Positions 38,014 through 50,690 of a stretch of DNA of 64,000 nt are shown here, one piece after another (the stretch's first letter is position 1; every line of letters begins with the position of its first letter). The DNA comes from Octopus vulgaris. Lineage: Eukaryota. The notes under the pieces were generated by a model that worked only from the letters and a program-made list of their open reading frames with translations, was not told the origin of the DNA and did not search any database. The stretch is from positions 53,134,001 through 53,198,000 of the forward strand of contig OX597821.1 in assembly GCA_951406725.2 (NCBI GenBank), given 5' to 3'. The position numbers were made by a program, and so were the translations under genes.

Positions 38014-39166
38014 AGATTTGAGTAGAAAGTAGACAGAAAGTCTATCATGAAATATTACGTAGTAAAATATTTGTGCAAATATTACACCACTCACACGCAC
38101 AAAAAGAATGAAACACGAAAATTTCAGTGTTTTATGGTTGTTCAATTTAAACAGCATTTACTCTCAGATTTATGTAGTTTTTCTCATTTTAATATCACTT
38201 ATCAGTACTATAGAATTAGCAAGAGTAAAAACGAATTGAAATCAAGAAAATCAGTGGTCAGATTTAACTGATGCCAAATAGATGAACTTGAGCTTTTAAA
38301 TTTCACTGTTCCTATAAATTGAGGAACAGTTAGTTATTTTAATGGCTATAAAAGACATAAATTTTCGATGTTCCTCACGTATCTACGACGATGAATATAC
38401 AGGCCAAATAACAGATGATTTAAGATGAACGATTAAATGAAGAATTGCAATCGACAGCCTTACAACTTGAAAACAATTACAACTACTATTTGGACGATTC
38501 ACATTTCAGACATTTGAGTAAATAGGATGCGTTGTCTCATTGTTACTGGACAAATTAGCATCAAATATGTCACTCATTTCTGTTTTAGAATGTTTTCTAA
38601 TGCTTCGTACCTCTCTTCCATTCAGTGATAACCTGGACTGAAGGAATCCCAGATTCCATGATCTAATCACAGTACTTTATAGGTCTGTTCTCATCGCTAG
38701 TATATTCAACGATTTCTGTTCCTTCCATTTATTTATTACTCTTAATTAACTTATTAATGAGCAGCTCATAATATGTAGTTGATGTTTAATCTCATGCATG
38801 ACAGCATTTTCCAATAACCTCGGTCTACAAGTTTGTGTACTGTAAAAGAGATTGGTAAATGAGGGACCAATATTAATAAACAAGACACGTACTAATATGA
38901 TCCGCCTGATTTCGCTTTGATTTATATTTTGAATTATTTAATTAAATGTTAGCAGAATCAAAGCTGCAGTATTAAGGTGGTGAAATTCTTTACTTAATCA
39001 CAACGTGATTCCATTCAGTTATCCTGGCCAGCGTTTCACTTTTATCTTAAGATCCAAATCTCTTCATTCCATTCATATTTTATTAAAGAAAGCAACGGTA
39101 ATACTGAAAGATAAGTTATATCAAGGCAACTCCAGCTATTGTCTGCTAAGGGCCATAATCAAGAAT

Positions 39167-39546
39167 ATATTCTTTTCTACTCTAGGCACAAGGCCCAAAA
39201 TTTTGGTGGGAGGGGCCAGTCGATTAGATTGACCCCAGTACTCAAATGGCACTCGCTTTATCGACTGGAAAGGATGCAAGGCAAAGTAGACCTCGGCGGA
39301 ATTTGAACTCACAATGTAAAGACAGACGAAATACCTATTTCACAGAGAAGAGAAACAAGGACAGACAAACGGATTAAGTCGATTATATAGACCCCAGTGC
39401 GTAACTGGTTCTTTTTTAATCGACCCCGGAAGGATGAAAGGCAAAGTCGTCCTCGGCGGAAATTTGAACTCAGAACGAAGCGGCAGACGAAATACCGCTA
39501 AGCATTTCGTCCAGTGTGCTAACGCTTCTGCCAGCTCACCGCCTTG
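39167..39546 (-). mobile_element. SINE family A with a duplicated body and ~16-bp TSD
   Basis: Two body units (near 39271 and 39432); TSD GGCCATAATCAAGAAT (39151) / GGTCATAATCAAGAAT (39548). Confidence 0.9.
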
Positions 39547-41469
39547 GGGTCATAATCAAGAATGTATTACTAGGTAAATTAATTTGCTCCTGTTCTAAAA
39601 CCTCAAACGACTGAAACTGGTGAATTAATCTTTCCTTTAAATTCATGAATTCAAATCCAGAGTCTGTCAATATTTCTCCAGCAATCAAGAGCTATAAAGT
39701 ATATAACTTTGTGTTATATACTAATGATTTCAATCGGCTAAATTCAGTCACTACACATTTGTAACGTTGCACATTATGAGTAAACGTATACTCAGCAAGT
39801 ACTTAGGAATTATTATAAATTCCACTCCCGTTTATTCTTCAATGCTATTGATAAAAGCAGAAGCTACGTAAAATCACTTCTTAGCTGCGGATAAATATAA
39901 AATGTAACCCATTTAAGTAGAGTGTTGTTACAGGAAATTAATTACATGCGAATCATTTTGGAGTGGACTTCACGCTCCACTTAAAATTCTGAGAGAAATG
40001 TTGTTGACATTTGTAAGTTTATGGTGAAGTGGTTTAGGACAAATCAAATGAATTTGTTCCAGCTGTGTCAACACCTTTCCTCTGTTTATTCTATAAAACC
40101 GGATCATGCGTGGTAGATTCTCTTTTTATCTTGTCCTACAGCTCGTTGTCAGACTATGATGAATACAAACAAATAAATTAATTGGTCAGATGAGGGAAAA
40201 AGGTAGTATTTGTGATCTGTCTCTGGGATCCTTAAATCGGACATATGTTTGAATGATTACAACGCAATGCACACTGTTACAAGCGGCAATCCGGAAGGTT
40301 CTGACGCCTAACTGGAAGATAGATTACCTCCAAAATACGAAAAAGTGATGTAGTTTCTCCATCAAGTTTCTTAACAGTTCTTTACTTCAGTACTTCGAAA
40401 TTCCCTTCACATAGCTTTTATCGATTTGCAGCTATAACAGAAAAACATGTCCAAATCATGCGGGGAAACTGAACGCGAAACGGAGCTGTTGGGAAGTGAA
40501 ATACATGACTACACAAGAATGACTTGCATAGTCAATGACTCTGATGAATTCAGATGTAATGGAATGATTTTCGTATATTTTCAATGCCTTGAGCGAAGTG
40601 CTATTTCCGAAACATTGCCCAACCTTACCCAAACCGTGAATTATAATCAAATCCCGGAATTTGAATATAGTTGTAAATTACACTGCCACACAGCACTAGT
40701 AAATATAGGTCTGCATGGTACCCACGCCCCGGATATTTATCATAACCAAAGATCGTACCGAAACGATGTAATTTTGAATTCAATCACTAATTATTTTCAT
40801 GCTTTTGAATTTTGATATGCCTATAATGAAATGAATATACTACTAATTTCTAAATATTAAAGTGCATGGTGCAATTTTTCCATAATGAAAGCTTGACTAG
40901 TATGTAATTTCCATTTTCACTTTCCACTCCTCTATGTATATGTTATACAAATATTTGGTAGATGTTAGATTAATACCGATCCCTACCTCACATTGTTGAA
41001 CCCAGAACCAATATCCGATTAAAGTATAAAGGTTCGTTAATCAGCTTTAATTGCAAAACAGGTGGTAAGAGCACAAACGCGAAATTCCACTTCCAAGATT
41101 ATCGGATATATGAAATCAATATTTAGTATTTAGGAAATTTAATCATGGTAACAGGTTCGGGTTATAAATTCATTAAATAGTTACATGTTTAAGTTACCTT
41201 CACAACAATGGATTCCTACATTATTTACATTATTTACAATTGACGGATATTTGTCCTCTATGCACATAAGCATATACTTTGGGTAAATGTCATAAACGGA
41301 ACTTTCTCTCTCTCTCTCACACTTTATACTTTATATATATATATATATATATATATACTCTCTCTCTCTTTCTCTCCCTCCCTCTCTATCTATCTCACTC
41401 TCTCTTTATATATATATATACATATATGTACACTCTCTCTGTTTCTATTATATGCATTTATACATATAT

Positions 41470-41694
41470 TATCTTTTATCTGTTACATCTTTCAGTCAGT
41501 TGACTACATCCATGCATCGAATTAGTTTTACATCGCCCGAAACAAATTTTAGTCGAACAAATCAACCCCAGGACATTTATTAAACCTGCGACTTATTCTA
41601 TCGATCACTTTTGCTGAATGGCTAGATTACCGGAACGTAAACACAGCAATACAGGTTGTCATGCGGTGATAGGCGACAGACACAAAGAGAGACG

Positions 41695-41735
<41 letters not shown>

Positions 41736-41932
41736 ACACACACACACACACTCACACATATATATACACGACAAGTTTCTTTTAGTTTCCGTCAACCAAA
41801 TTCTCTCACAATACTTCGGTCGGCCCGAGGCTATAGTAGAAGGCACATATCCAACGTGCCACGCTATGGAATTGAAGCCAGAACCATGAGCTTGGGAAGC
41901 AAGCTCCTTACCAAACATCCACGCCTGCGCTT
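41470..41932 (-). mobile_element. Full-length SINE family B
   Basis: Reverse complement of the 33427-type element (CCTGCGC head end, GGCTATAGTAGAAG, TTTCCGTC.ACCAAA, TTTCAGTCA.TTGACT tail). Confidence 0.85.
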
Positions 41933-41933
41933 A

Positions 41934-41970
<37 letters not shown>

Positions 41971-44900
41971 ATGTTTGTGTGCATGTAGGCATGAGCGCGC
42001 ATGTGTATGTATATGTTCATGTACGTCTACATTGACGAAAGTTTTAAATGTCAAGCAAAACATAATGTTCTGTGCGTATTGGCATCATACGACAGTCTTT
42101 ATAAGAAAGTTAGAGAACAAGTGATTGTTTTGATGGAGGCATGTAGCCATATTCGCAAGTGTTCAGCATTAGCTATGTATAATTAATAACATAAATATTT
42201 TTGTGAAGTTAATGCCTGAAATGATAAAGAAATATTTCCCCTAAAATCCCACCAAAGTGATACAATAGATTGTGGGAGATTCCGTTGCTATTTCTAGTAG
42301 GTCAAAAAAAACATCTTAGAATCTTTCTTGCAAAGTGTTCAGTGATGATAGTGGGGATATGAGATTCAATTGCGTTATACATGACGTTTCATCAATACAG
42401 ATGAAGGGTGATTGCGCCCGTGGGACTTTCTGAATGGCATGCCAATGAAAATTTGCCAAGAAATGTTTTTAGCAGTGCGACTTACCTAATGATGAAGCAT
42501 GTCTTACGCAGCCTGCTTCTGGAAAAGGTCAACTGTGGTCTATATTAACACGAAAGAACTGAAAATTTATAGCTGAGGTTGTTCACAGTGAAGAATAACT
42601 GTGAATGAGATTCCTGACTTTTAGGTACTGATAGGTACCTACGTGTCTGTAATATTTATGCCGTGTTTTACGGTTGTTTATAGCTATATCAGCAAGAATA
42701 TTTTGTTTTTGTTCATTCGTGTGTATGTACTTCAGAAAATTCTAATAATATAATATGATTTTCCACATCAGTGGCTAGTTTAATACTTCCTTGAAGTTGT
42801 TTAATTTAAGATTCGTATTTTTTCTTTAAATTTAGTCGATACAATCATTAATAGTATGATAATTCAGATCACAAGATGAAAAACACCAGATCAATATTCT
42901 TGAAGGTTGAGGGGGGTGCGGTGGGAGAAGAAGACAGGGGTTGAGAGAGCGGAAAGCAGACGAAATGAGACAACGCGGAGGATTGAAAGAAAGACTGCGA
43001 GTTATCAAGCAGGTTTCAGTTTAAGCTAAGAGTAAAATAAACTAAGAGTATTAATCCTATTATCTCACGATATAGCACACATAGGTAGGACATAAGTGTA
43101 CGTGCAATTCATGATGAGGTACGTAATACAGATCTTGAGTATTACATGCAAAGACAAGGTGAGAAATATCATAAACTATAAAAGAAACCTTGTACAAAGA
43201 AATCTTCATCGATTTAAACATGTTCAAAGTTTGGGCCACTATTATTACTATGAGAAAAGCTCTGCTTAGAGTTTTTTTGTGTGGTATACGAAATCTAGAG
43301 AGTTCACAACTGAGATAAATGGACGTAGCTGTGACTATGATGATATGACTGTACCTCGACAGCAACTAGTAAAAGAAAAAGAAAATCAATTCTGATATTA
43401 CGAAATATAATATTTTATATTGTTATGATTGATTTTGATTATCTCAAATGTCTAATAAGGAAAGCAGATAGTGAGTGCTTACTTCAACTGATCTTTCTAA
43501 GGTTATTTTGAAACGCAAAAAAAAAAAAAAAAGAATTTCAGTTATACTTAGTAACATTTTTCTTTTTAACCTAAAAATATTTTGGAAGTGTTTTTGATAA
43601 TATGATGGCAAGACTGAAAAAATTCCTTGATAAGCTGAAATGAATACTTTGCTGTTATTAAATAATTATGTATAGCAAAATAAGCGGCTGCTGCAACCTG
43701 ATTAATTCTTACTGCTTTTTTTTTTTATTCTCGGGAGATGACGGAGACAAAGCGCTTAAAAGATGCAGATAAAATAGAAATCACTAAAAAGGCACTATAC
43801 TACTCTGCAAATGAAATGTTAACTTAACTGAAAACCTGGATGAGCGAGGCTTATATACAGGACAAAAAATAAATAAACAAATAATGTATATAAATGCCGA
43901 AGAGAAAACAAAAATGGAATATGCTCAGACATTATTAAATGGAAAGCAAATATCTTAAGTAATTTTGTAAAAGGAGACGCGGACGTAAAGTAAACTGGCG
44001 TCATCTGGCGTCGTTTTCCAAAAGAATGATTCTACACAGGAAATGATTGCTTCCCGTTAGGTCCACATTTTTTTTAAAGAAGGTTAATCTAAGAATCTGT
44101 TATTTTAATTTACTTCGTATGCTAGTAGGCACGGCTAGAAGATCACACTTCTAAGTTGTTTTGTATTGATTTCAATACATTTCCACTTTTAATTACTGAT
44201 GAGATGGTTGACGTATCAACTGTTCAGAAGAATTAGATATCTATGATGAATAAAAAAGAAAATTTCTTTCAAAAGAAAATGATCAGTGACAAATCATGAG
44301 TTTAGACTGAAGTGTTATAATTGAGGAAGGAAATATGAAATCTATTTTATACAAATGGTGAAGAATCGGTACATGTGTGAAAAAAAATTAAATATCTGAT
44401 TTCACATGAAATGAAAAGGATATATATGATGACTTGGAAAGTGTGATTATGAATTTGTAGACATTGTTATCTAAGTAGAACAGTAGAGTAAGAATATAAA
44501 CAAATATAGCAGTGATTGAGCAACGAATAAATGTTGGCAAACGTGTTAACATGGATGGGACTACATCAAAGAGCTTAAGACGAGATTGTAAGTGAAGCAG
44601 GGGAGATTAAAGAAAATATTTACTTTTACCGTTAGTAAAGTTAATTCATTATCAAGATCTTGATCTTAGACATCATTTCAGGAAACTGAATATTAGGAGT
44701 TTCCAAAATACAGACTAAAATACTTCCATCGCATTGAAATACACAACAGCCTCACAGAATAATTTCTATTATGCCTGCTACAAACCATTCTTCGTATTTG
44801 GTTTAGTGCCAAATTTGCAACAAGGACAAAACGTATCATATGGTAATATGTGGTCTTCAGTCAGCAACAGATTGTTGCTATTTGTTTGTCAATGGTTTAT

Positions 44901-45109
44901 CAATGGCATTCTAACCAAAAGTGATTGGCCCGTTTCTGACATAGTGTACTCATTTGTCTTTTTTCGAGATATCAGTGTGTAAAATTGAAGCTAATTTGGC
45001 TACTATTTCAAGAAGTTAAGGATACTCAATTCAGAATCTCAAATTCTCTGGGATATTACTATAGCTACTTACAGCGGTAAAGCCAAACGATATAATTTCG
45101 GAGGCAATT

Positions 45110-45339
45110 CCTTCTCGAGTCATACAGACTCATAGGCCCGGTTTCCCGATTTTCACTGCGTATATATTCCCCACCTGGGCGAGACACCGGTCCGTCGCAG
45201 GATTACTAATTTTTCGCAGTTGCGTAGACTGGAACAACGTACAATAAAGTGTTTTGTTCTAGAACACACGGCGTCACTCAGTTCAGGCATCGAAACCACA
45301 ATCCTGCGATCATGAGTCCAACATTCTAACCATTAAGCC
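45110..45339 (-). mobile_element. tRNA-derived SINE with a V-SINE-like central domain (family E)
   Basis: Minus strand GGCTTAATGGTTAG (A-box)..GGTTTCGATGCC (B-box)..CCTGCGACGGACCGGTGTCTCGCCCAGGTGGGGAA..GGGAAACCGGGCCTATGAG. Confidence 0.75.
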
Positions 45340-45349
45340 TTCTCGTGCA

Positions 45350-45463
45350 AGATGCTTATAGTACCTAGGTTTGCTAAGCGATCACCTATCTAAGTACTAA
45401 CTAGACACGACGTTTCTTAACTTCGGTGATCGGGCGAGAAACGCTGAATTCAATGTGATGCAG
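45350..45463 (-). pseudogene. 5S rRNA pseudogene (or 5S-derived SINE head)
   Basis: Minus strand CATCACATTGAATTCAGCGTTTCTCGCCCGATCACCGAAGTTAAGAAACGTCGTGTCTAGTTAGTACTTAGATAGGTGATCGCTTAGCAAACCTAGGTACTATAAGCA aligns to animal 5S rRNA (CGATCACCGAAGTTAAG, TTAGTACTTGGATGGGTGACCGCCTGGGAA) with many substitutions. Confidence 0.88.
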
Positions 45464-46444
45464 TGCATTTTGACTTCAGTGTATCCCAAATATAATTCCC
45501 TGTGTTGCTTGTATATCAAAGGTTTTATACATTAGCGATTACAAAGAACATGGAAATAATGGTCATGTAATCCCTTATGAATCGCCAGAAATCATAAAGA
45601 GAAATCACTTTTGGTCGACGTGCTTGCCATCAAATAGTCTTGATAAGGGAGTGGGCACCACAACTACTGCCTACTACTCGCAGAAATATGCACTGTTATT
45701 ATAGCGACACATACTTTGATCATTTATTTGCAATCGAGATATTTTCAATAATGAATAGAAAATACTCTGCGGGAACAATATATACCCTGAGGAATGTAAG
45801 AGTGTAAATCTCATATTTATTCTTCTGACAAAATGCATGAAGTTTGCAACTATCTCGTGAAAGAGCCATTTTAGCCATCTAAACGCATTAATTCCGTTAT
45901 GTTCGCTTTTCATTTAGTCGTGAGAGTTTCCTCTCAAGAGGAATCGCTGGAATATATTATAAGCAACTTTGGTTTCTACATTCCCGGTGTATAACCCTTA
46001 CATCTGGCTAATATGGCTGTACTTTACATCCATAATCCGTAAGCAATTTAAAAACTACCGTGCGTGCAACATCGTGTAAATACGAAACACATTTTTTCAA
46101 TGTGTTCATTGTTGGTCTCAGTTTGTTGATAACGAGAGCCACCATGGTACTGTGATGAACCATCGTCATTCTGTGAGTGACGTTGCGTGGGTTTGATGGT
46201 TACCATGAAATACTGGGTCTGGCACTTCTTTGGGTGTGTTTGGAGTGAAAAATTTTCGCCGCATTGCAATGTGTTTATATTGAAGACAGACTGGCAAATA
46301 TTTTAGAGTCACAACTAATATCAGACATTATTTCATATATTAACTAACTGTTCTGGTTTGAATTCCAGCTAAGTTCACTCCCTGCAGCTAATACTGGAAA
46401 ATAGAAATACGAAAATTATGTATCACTAGAAAACAGCGTTTCAT

Positions 46445-46620
46445 GATTATTGGCAGAATCGTTAGGGCGTATAACAAAATTCCTTACTTTCCGATTTCCA
46501 GTATTGCCGAAATCATCAATTAGCTTTGTTGTTATAATAAAGGTGAAGTTAAGTATTGAGATCGATATCATCGACTCACACGTTCTACAATATTCTCGCA
46601 TTGTACCTATGTTAGAAACA
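46445..46620 (+). mobile_element. SINE family A, old fragment
   Basis: TTGGCAGAATCGTTAG..TTAAGTA..GATCGATATCATCGACT..TTGTACCTATGTTAGAAACAATTAT. Confidence 0.55.
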
Positions 46621-46889
46621 ATTATATGTCCATCAGTGAATGATACATTTCCGTGTGTTTGTTGAAGTAGTGTGGGGAGCATTAGTAAGCATTTGTTTAA
46701 AACCGCATACAGTGTTGTCAAAGAAACAGAGTAACATTACAGTATATTTAATGTTTTGCGAGGTTATGTTGAAAGGTTCTTTGCTTTGTGTAAAAGACAA
46801 TACAGGAGGATCAGTTAATTATGATTTTATTACACATATTCTCCTCTCAGATTCACACTCTTATTGCAGCGATCCTTCAGTTTTTTTAA

Positions 46890-46977
46890 ACTCCGTAGAA
46901 AAGCTCGCAAATTTGAGTCTCCATCCAGGCTTTTCGTGATACTCTTAAAGCCAAAAACTTTTCAGCATCCCCTCGTA
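46890..46977 (-). mobile_element. Solo mariner TIR/terminal fragment
   Basis: Reverse complement TACGAGGGGATGCTGAAAAGTTTTTGGCTTT, a TA-flanked mariner-type terminus. Confidence 0.55.
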
Positions 46978-48564
46978 CTTTGGAGCGAAACCTCGATATA
47001 ATTGGTATAAATAGAGACATGTAAATTTGTAGTGTGTATTCCCTTACGGTGTAAAGATAGGAAATAATTGACTGCAGGCAAATTTTGAATATGAAGTGTG
47101 ATAAGAGAATAATACAATATTTAATCCACACCACAAAAACAATTTGTCAGGGAAATATTCAACAATATGGCAAGATAAAAGTAACTACTACTACTACTAC
47201 TACTAATACTACCACTGCTGATACTGCTGCTGCTGTTGCTGGTGATTTCACTAGATTTTGCTAGAAACCGCAGCACCAATACAACTTTCCCTACTTTACA
47301 GATTTACACCTGAAGCGTACTTTCTAATTTGAAACAAAAGATAGAAATTTGTATTAATTAATTTTTAACAATTTAATATAAAGTTTGTTTCAATATTCAA
47401 GGAAAACTAAAACAATAATGAAAATGAAGAACGAGATAATTTTATAAGAGATTCAAAAAGTTGGACAATGGAAATATGTAAAACAAAAGCAATAGACAAT
47501 AAGACGTTGAACAAATGCAGAAAATTCATTATTGAAAATATCACTATTTTAGGAAGTAACACTGTTTCTTTGATTTTGTATTAGATTATTTCATCCATTG
47601 TAACGTGTGCGTGCGTTATAAATATGATTAATTAAATACGCATATGAAGCCATGTAAATGTATAAATGCATGCTACACACACACATACACATTCACAAAC
47701 ATACACACACGCACACACGCAAAGCAATATTGTGTGCATGCATACATGCATTTCTAATATTCTGCTTACATGTACTCATAGCTACACGTGTTCACTGAAA
47801 TACAAATTCGGGTGCACACTCCATCGCGCATATATCTATGTATATACTTACGATATTATACGAACCGTGCTTGTGTCCGTCGATCCGACTGTCCAATAAT
47901 CATATACACACTTCAGATCAAAACGATTTCCATCTAATTTATTTTATTGTATTTTAGTGAAGGAAGGAAGGCATTGCCCATGACACAACCAGCTGGCACC
48001 CAACGGGTCAGGTTGTGGCGTTTGAACGGGTTAAGTTTACTGCTCATGTAGACTATAACAAGATTTGCATTTAGATGACAAAAAAAAAAAAAAAAAGAAA
48101 CGAAATACATAACGCTTATCGTCCGTGGTTTTATCAGGTACAACAACTTTCTAGCTTGTGATGATATCTTATTTTCTCGAAGTGCAGAGGATGATAGCAA
48201 GAAATTGGCTTCTTCGGGATTTGAACTTAGAGGCAGGGTATTGGTTGGATTTATGTCGATCTATCGATGAAGTAGTCTAACAAATAATAAATAAATATTT
48301 TAAAAACTAGAGGAAAAAACAAAACTTATAAAACTATGAACAAATTTCTTGGAAATATTTGGCTTTAAATTTTGGTATAAAGAGAACAGCAGCATCAGGT
48401 TGCGAGGGTAAGTCAATTAATTACATCGACTCCAGTGCTCAACTGGGATCTTTTCTGTTTAGTTCACATTTTTAATTCCTTTAATTTAGTTGAAATCTTT
48501 TAGTTCCAAATTTGGTGTATTAACGTAGTCATATTTGCCATATCTTAACATTTAAAAACTGAAT

Positions 48565-48830
48565 AAGGCGGCGAGCTGGCAGAAACGCTAGCACGCAGGG
48601 CGAAATGCCTAACAGTATTTCGTCTGCCACTACGTTCTGAGTTCAAATTTCGCCGAGGGCGACTTTGCCATTCATCCTTTCGGGGTCGATAAATTAAGTA
48701 CCAGTTACGCACTGGGGTCGATATAATCGACTTAATCCGTTTGTCTATCCTTGTTTGTCCTCTCTGTGTTTAGCCCCTTGTGGGTAGTAAAGAAATAGGT
48801 AGTTCGTCTTCCGCTACGTTTAAATTTCGC
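48565..48830 (+). mobile_element. SINE family A, young copy with the start of a second body unit
   Basis: Near-identical to the 4323 copy; after AAAGAAATAGG the body restarts (GTAGTTCGTCTTCCGCTACGTT). Confidence 0.9.
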
Positions 48831-48848
48831 AGTTGGCAGTACAGAGTT

Positions 48849-49400
48849 CAGATTGGCGGTAATGGCAAGACGGTAGAAATAGATGAAATAGTCTTGTCAA
48901 GACGTAAACACAACCGAGAAAGAGGGATACATGAGCAGTGAAATTTCGGAGTTGTTTGTCACAAGACCAGGCATGTTTTACTTTATGCGGCCTCCTATCG
49001 AAATCGCGATAACCTGGAGGGATGTAAGCGTCAATCTATTCTTCCAGGAACCGCAGTTTTCAATGGTTTGTGGAGGGTCTGCTTTCGCATTCCTGAACAG
49101 GATGGTTATAATTTTCGATATAGCAGAGTGAACAATAGTGCTGGGTTTATTAACTCAAAAGATGGAACCCACACACAAGAGGTGCAAAACACATTAACCT
49201 CTGTAAAACGACATAATAAACGACACAGTGGCACACTACGTTCTGTGGTTAACTCGTATCGCTGCGAATTTATATGGTGCAGGAGATACGAAAATTGTAG
49301 TTTGTTTGACAAACTCATAGACTGCATTGAAAATTTTCTTTCGTTGCAAAGTACATATAAAGTTACATCAACCAAACTACAGTTTTCATTTTGTTCGTAA
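48849..49400 (+). pseudogene. Merlin (IS1595/ISXO2-like DDE) transposase C-terminal remnant
   Basis: Single frame QIGGNGKTVEIDEIVLSRRKHNRERGIHEQ*NFG...ILPGTAVFNGLWRVC...VNNSAGFINSKDGTHTQEVQN...SYRCEFIWCRRY, matching the IGGxxxxVEIDE, RKYNRGR, ILPGT, VNHS and THTxxIE motifs; possible terminus AAAATACCAGCTTCC near 49603. Confidence 0.85.
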
Positions 49401-50179
49401 TTTAATGTTCAGCTTTTTCTTTTGTTGTTTGTTTTTTGGAATATTTTCTCATAAAACATTCATTGAGGATTTTTAATTTTTCTATTGTTCACATTCCTCG
49501 CAAGAATAAATAGAAAAATTAATTAATTAAAGTTTATTAAAACTTCCGTCGTTTAATGTTTTGTCGTTAAAATCTTTTCATAGTGCGCAAAATACCAGCT
49601 TCCAAATCTTCTTTTCTGGTTGGGTGGAAATACTTAAATATTAAAATCTCTGTAATATTTTTCTAAAAATATTCTGGAACAAATGAATTACAACACCAGA
49701 TTACGCGTGAAAAATTACGGCAATATAACAAATTTGGAAACTTTCACTTAATTTTAAAATTTGAAAAAAAAAATGTTAGCCAAAAAGAAAAGAGCCTTTA
49801 ACTTGAATTTATCAACTTCTATTGATGCCAAAATGATGCAAGGCAAAATAGACTCTGACGGTATTGAAGTCAAATGTAAAGTTGGAAAAAATGCTGCGCA
49901 GCATTTCGTTCGGCGTGGTAGATATTCATTATAGGGTGTCCATTTTTGTAGACTGATTAGGATATTCGTTCTTATACAGTGATATGACAGTATCTTCCAA
50001 AGAAGGGCTTTCTCAAAATAATCACATGAAGAAGCACATTTTACACCAATGGAGGATTACGTAATTCTTAAATATATCTTCTCTTGAACGTACGACGGGT
50101 GTGACGATATGTGGAAACATATTTAGTGATACAAAAATTGTCATTCGTTCAATTTTCTTATTTTTCTACCTGTGTCTAT

Positions 50180-50458
50180 ATATAAACACACATATATACA
50201 TATATATGTATATGTGCATACAAACATATACATATATGTATATATATATATATATCCATACATATATATACATATATACATATACATATGCATATATATA
50301 TATACATATATATATATACATGTATATCTATACATATATATATATATGTATATAAATATATAGTTATATATTTATGTGTATATGTATATATATTCATATG
50401 TATATATATATTTGTACAAACAAACACTTAGTTTTTTTACATGCGTCATTCAGTGCGC

Positions 50459-50513
<55 letters not shown>

Positions 50514-50574
50514 CACATATATACGTAAATATATGCATTTACATGTATCTATGCATCTATGTATCTCTCTCTCG

Positions 50575-50628
<54 letters not shown>

Positions 50629-50690
50629 GTGTCAGTATACATGCTTGTATATATATATGTATGCGTATATCTATGCAAAACATAGTGATA
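50180..50690. repeat. Degenerate (TA)/(TACA) microsatellite field
   Basis: Directly visible; comparable fields at 37700-38010 and 55170-55555. Confidence 0.9.

Noticed and set aside
40447-40815. 122-aa ORF in unique sequence
   Set aside because: No recognisable domain or splice context; length compatible with chance
44196-44235. CTGATGA followed by the hairpin GATGGTTGA-CGTA-TCAACTGTT
   Set aside because: No GAAA box, stem III or stem I; not counted as a hammerhead
45350-45463. Functional 5S rRNA gene
   Set aside because: Many substitutions, degenerate 5' end, single copy, no oligo-T terminator
48849-49400. Bacterial IS1595 contamination or recent transfer
   Set aside because: Embedded among host SINEs, AT-rich and decayed; motifs fit eukaryotic Merlin elements
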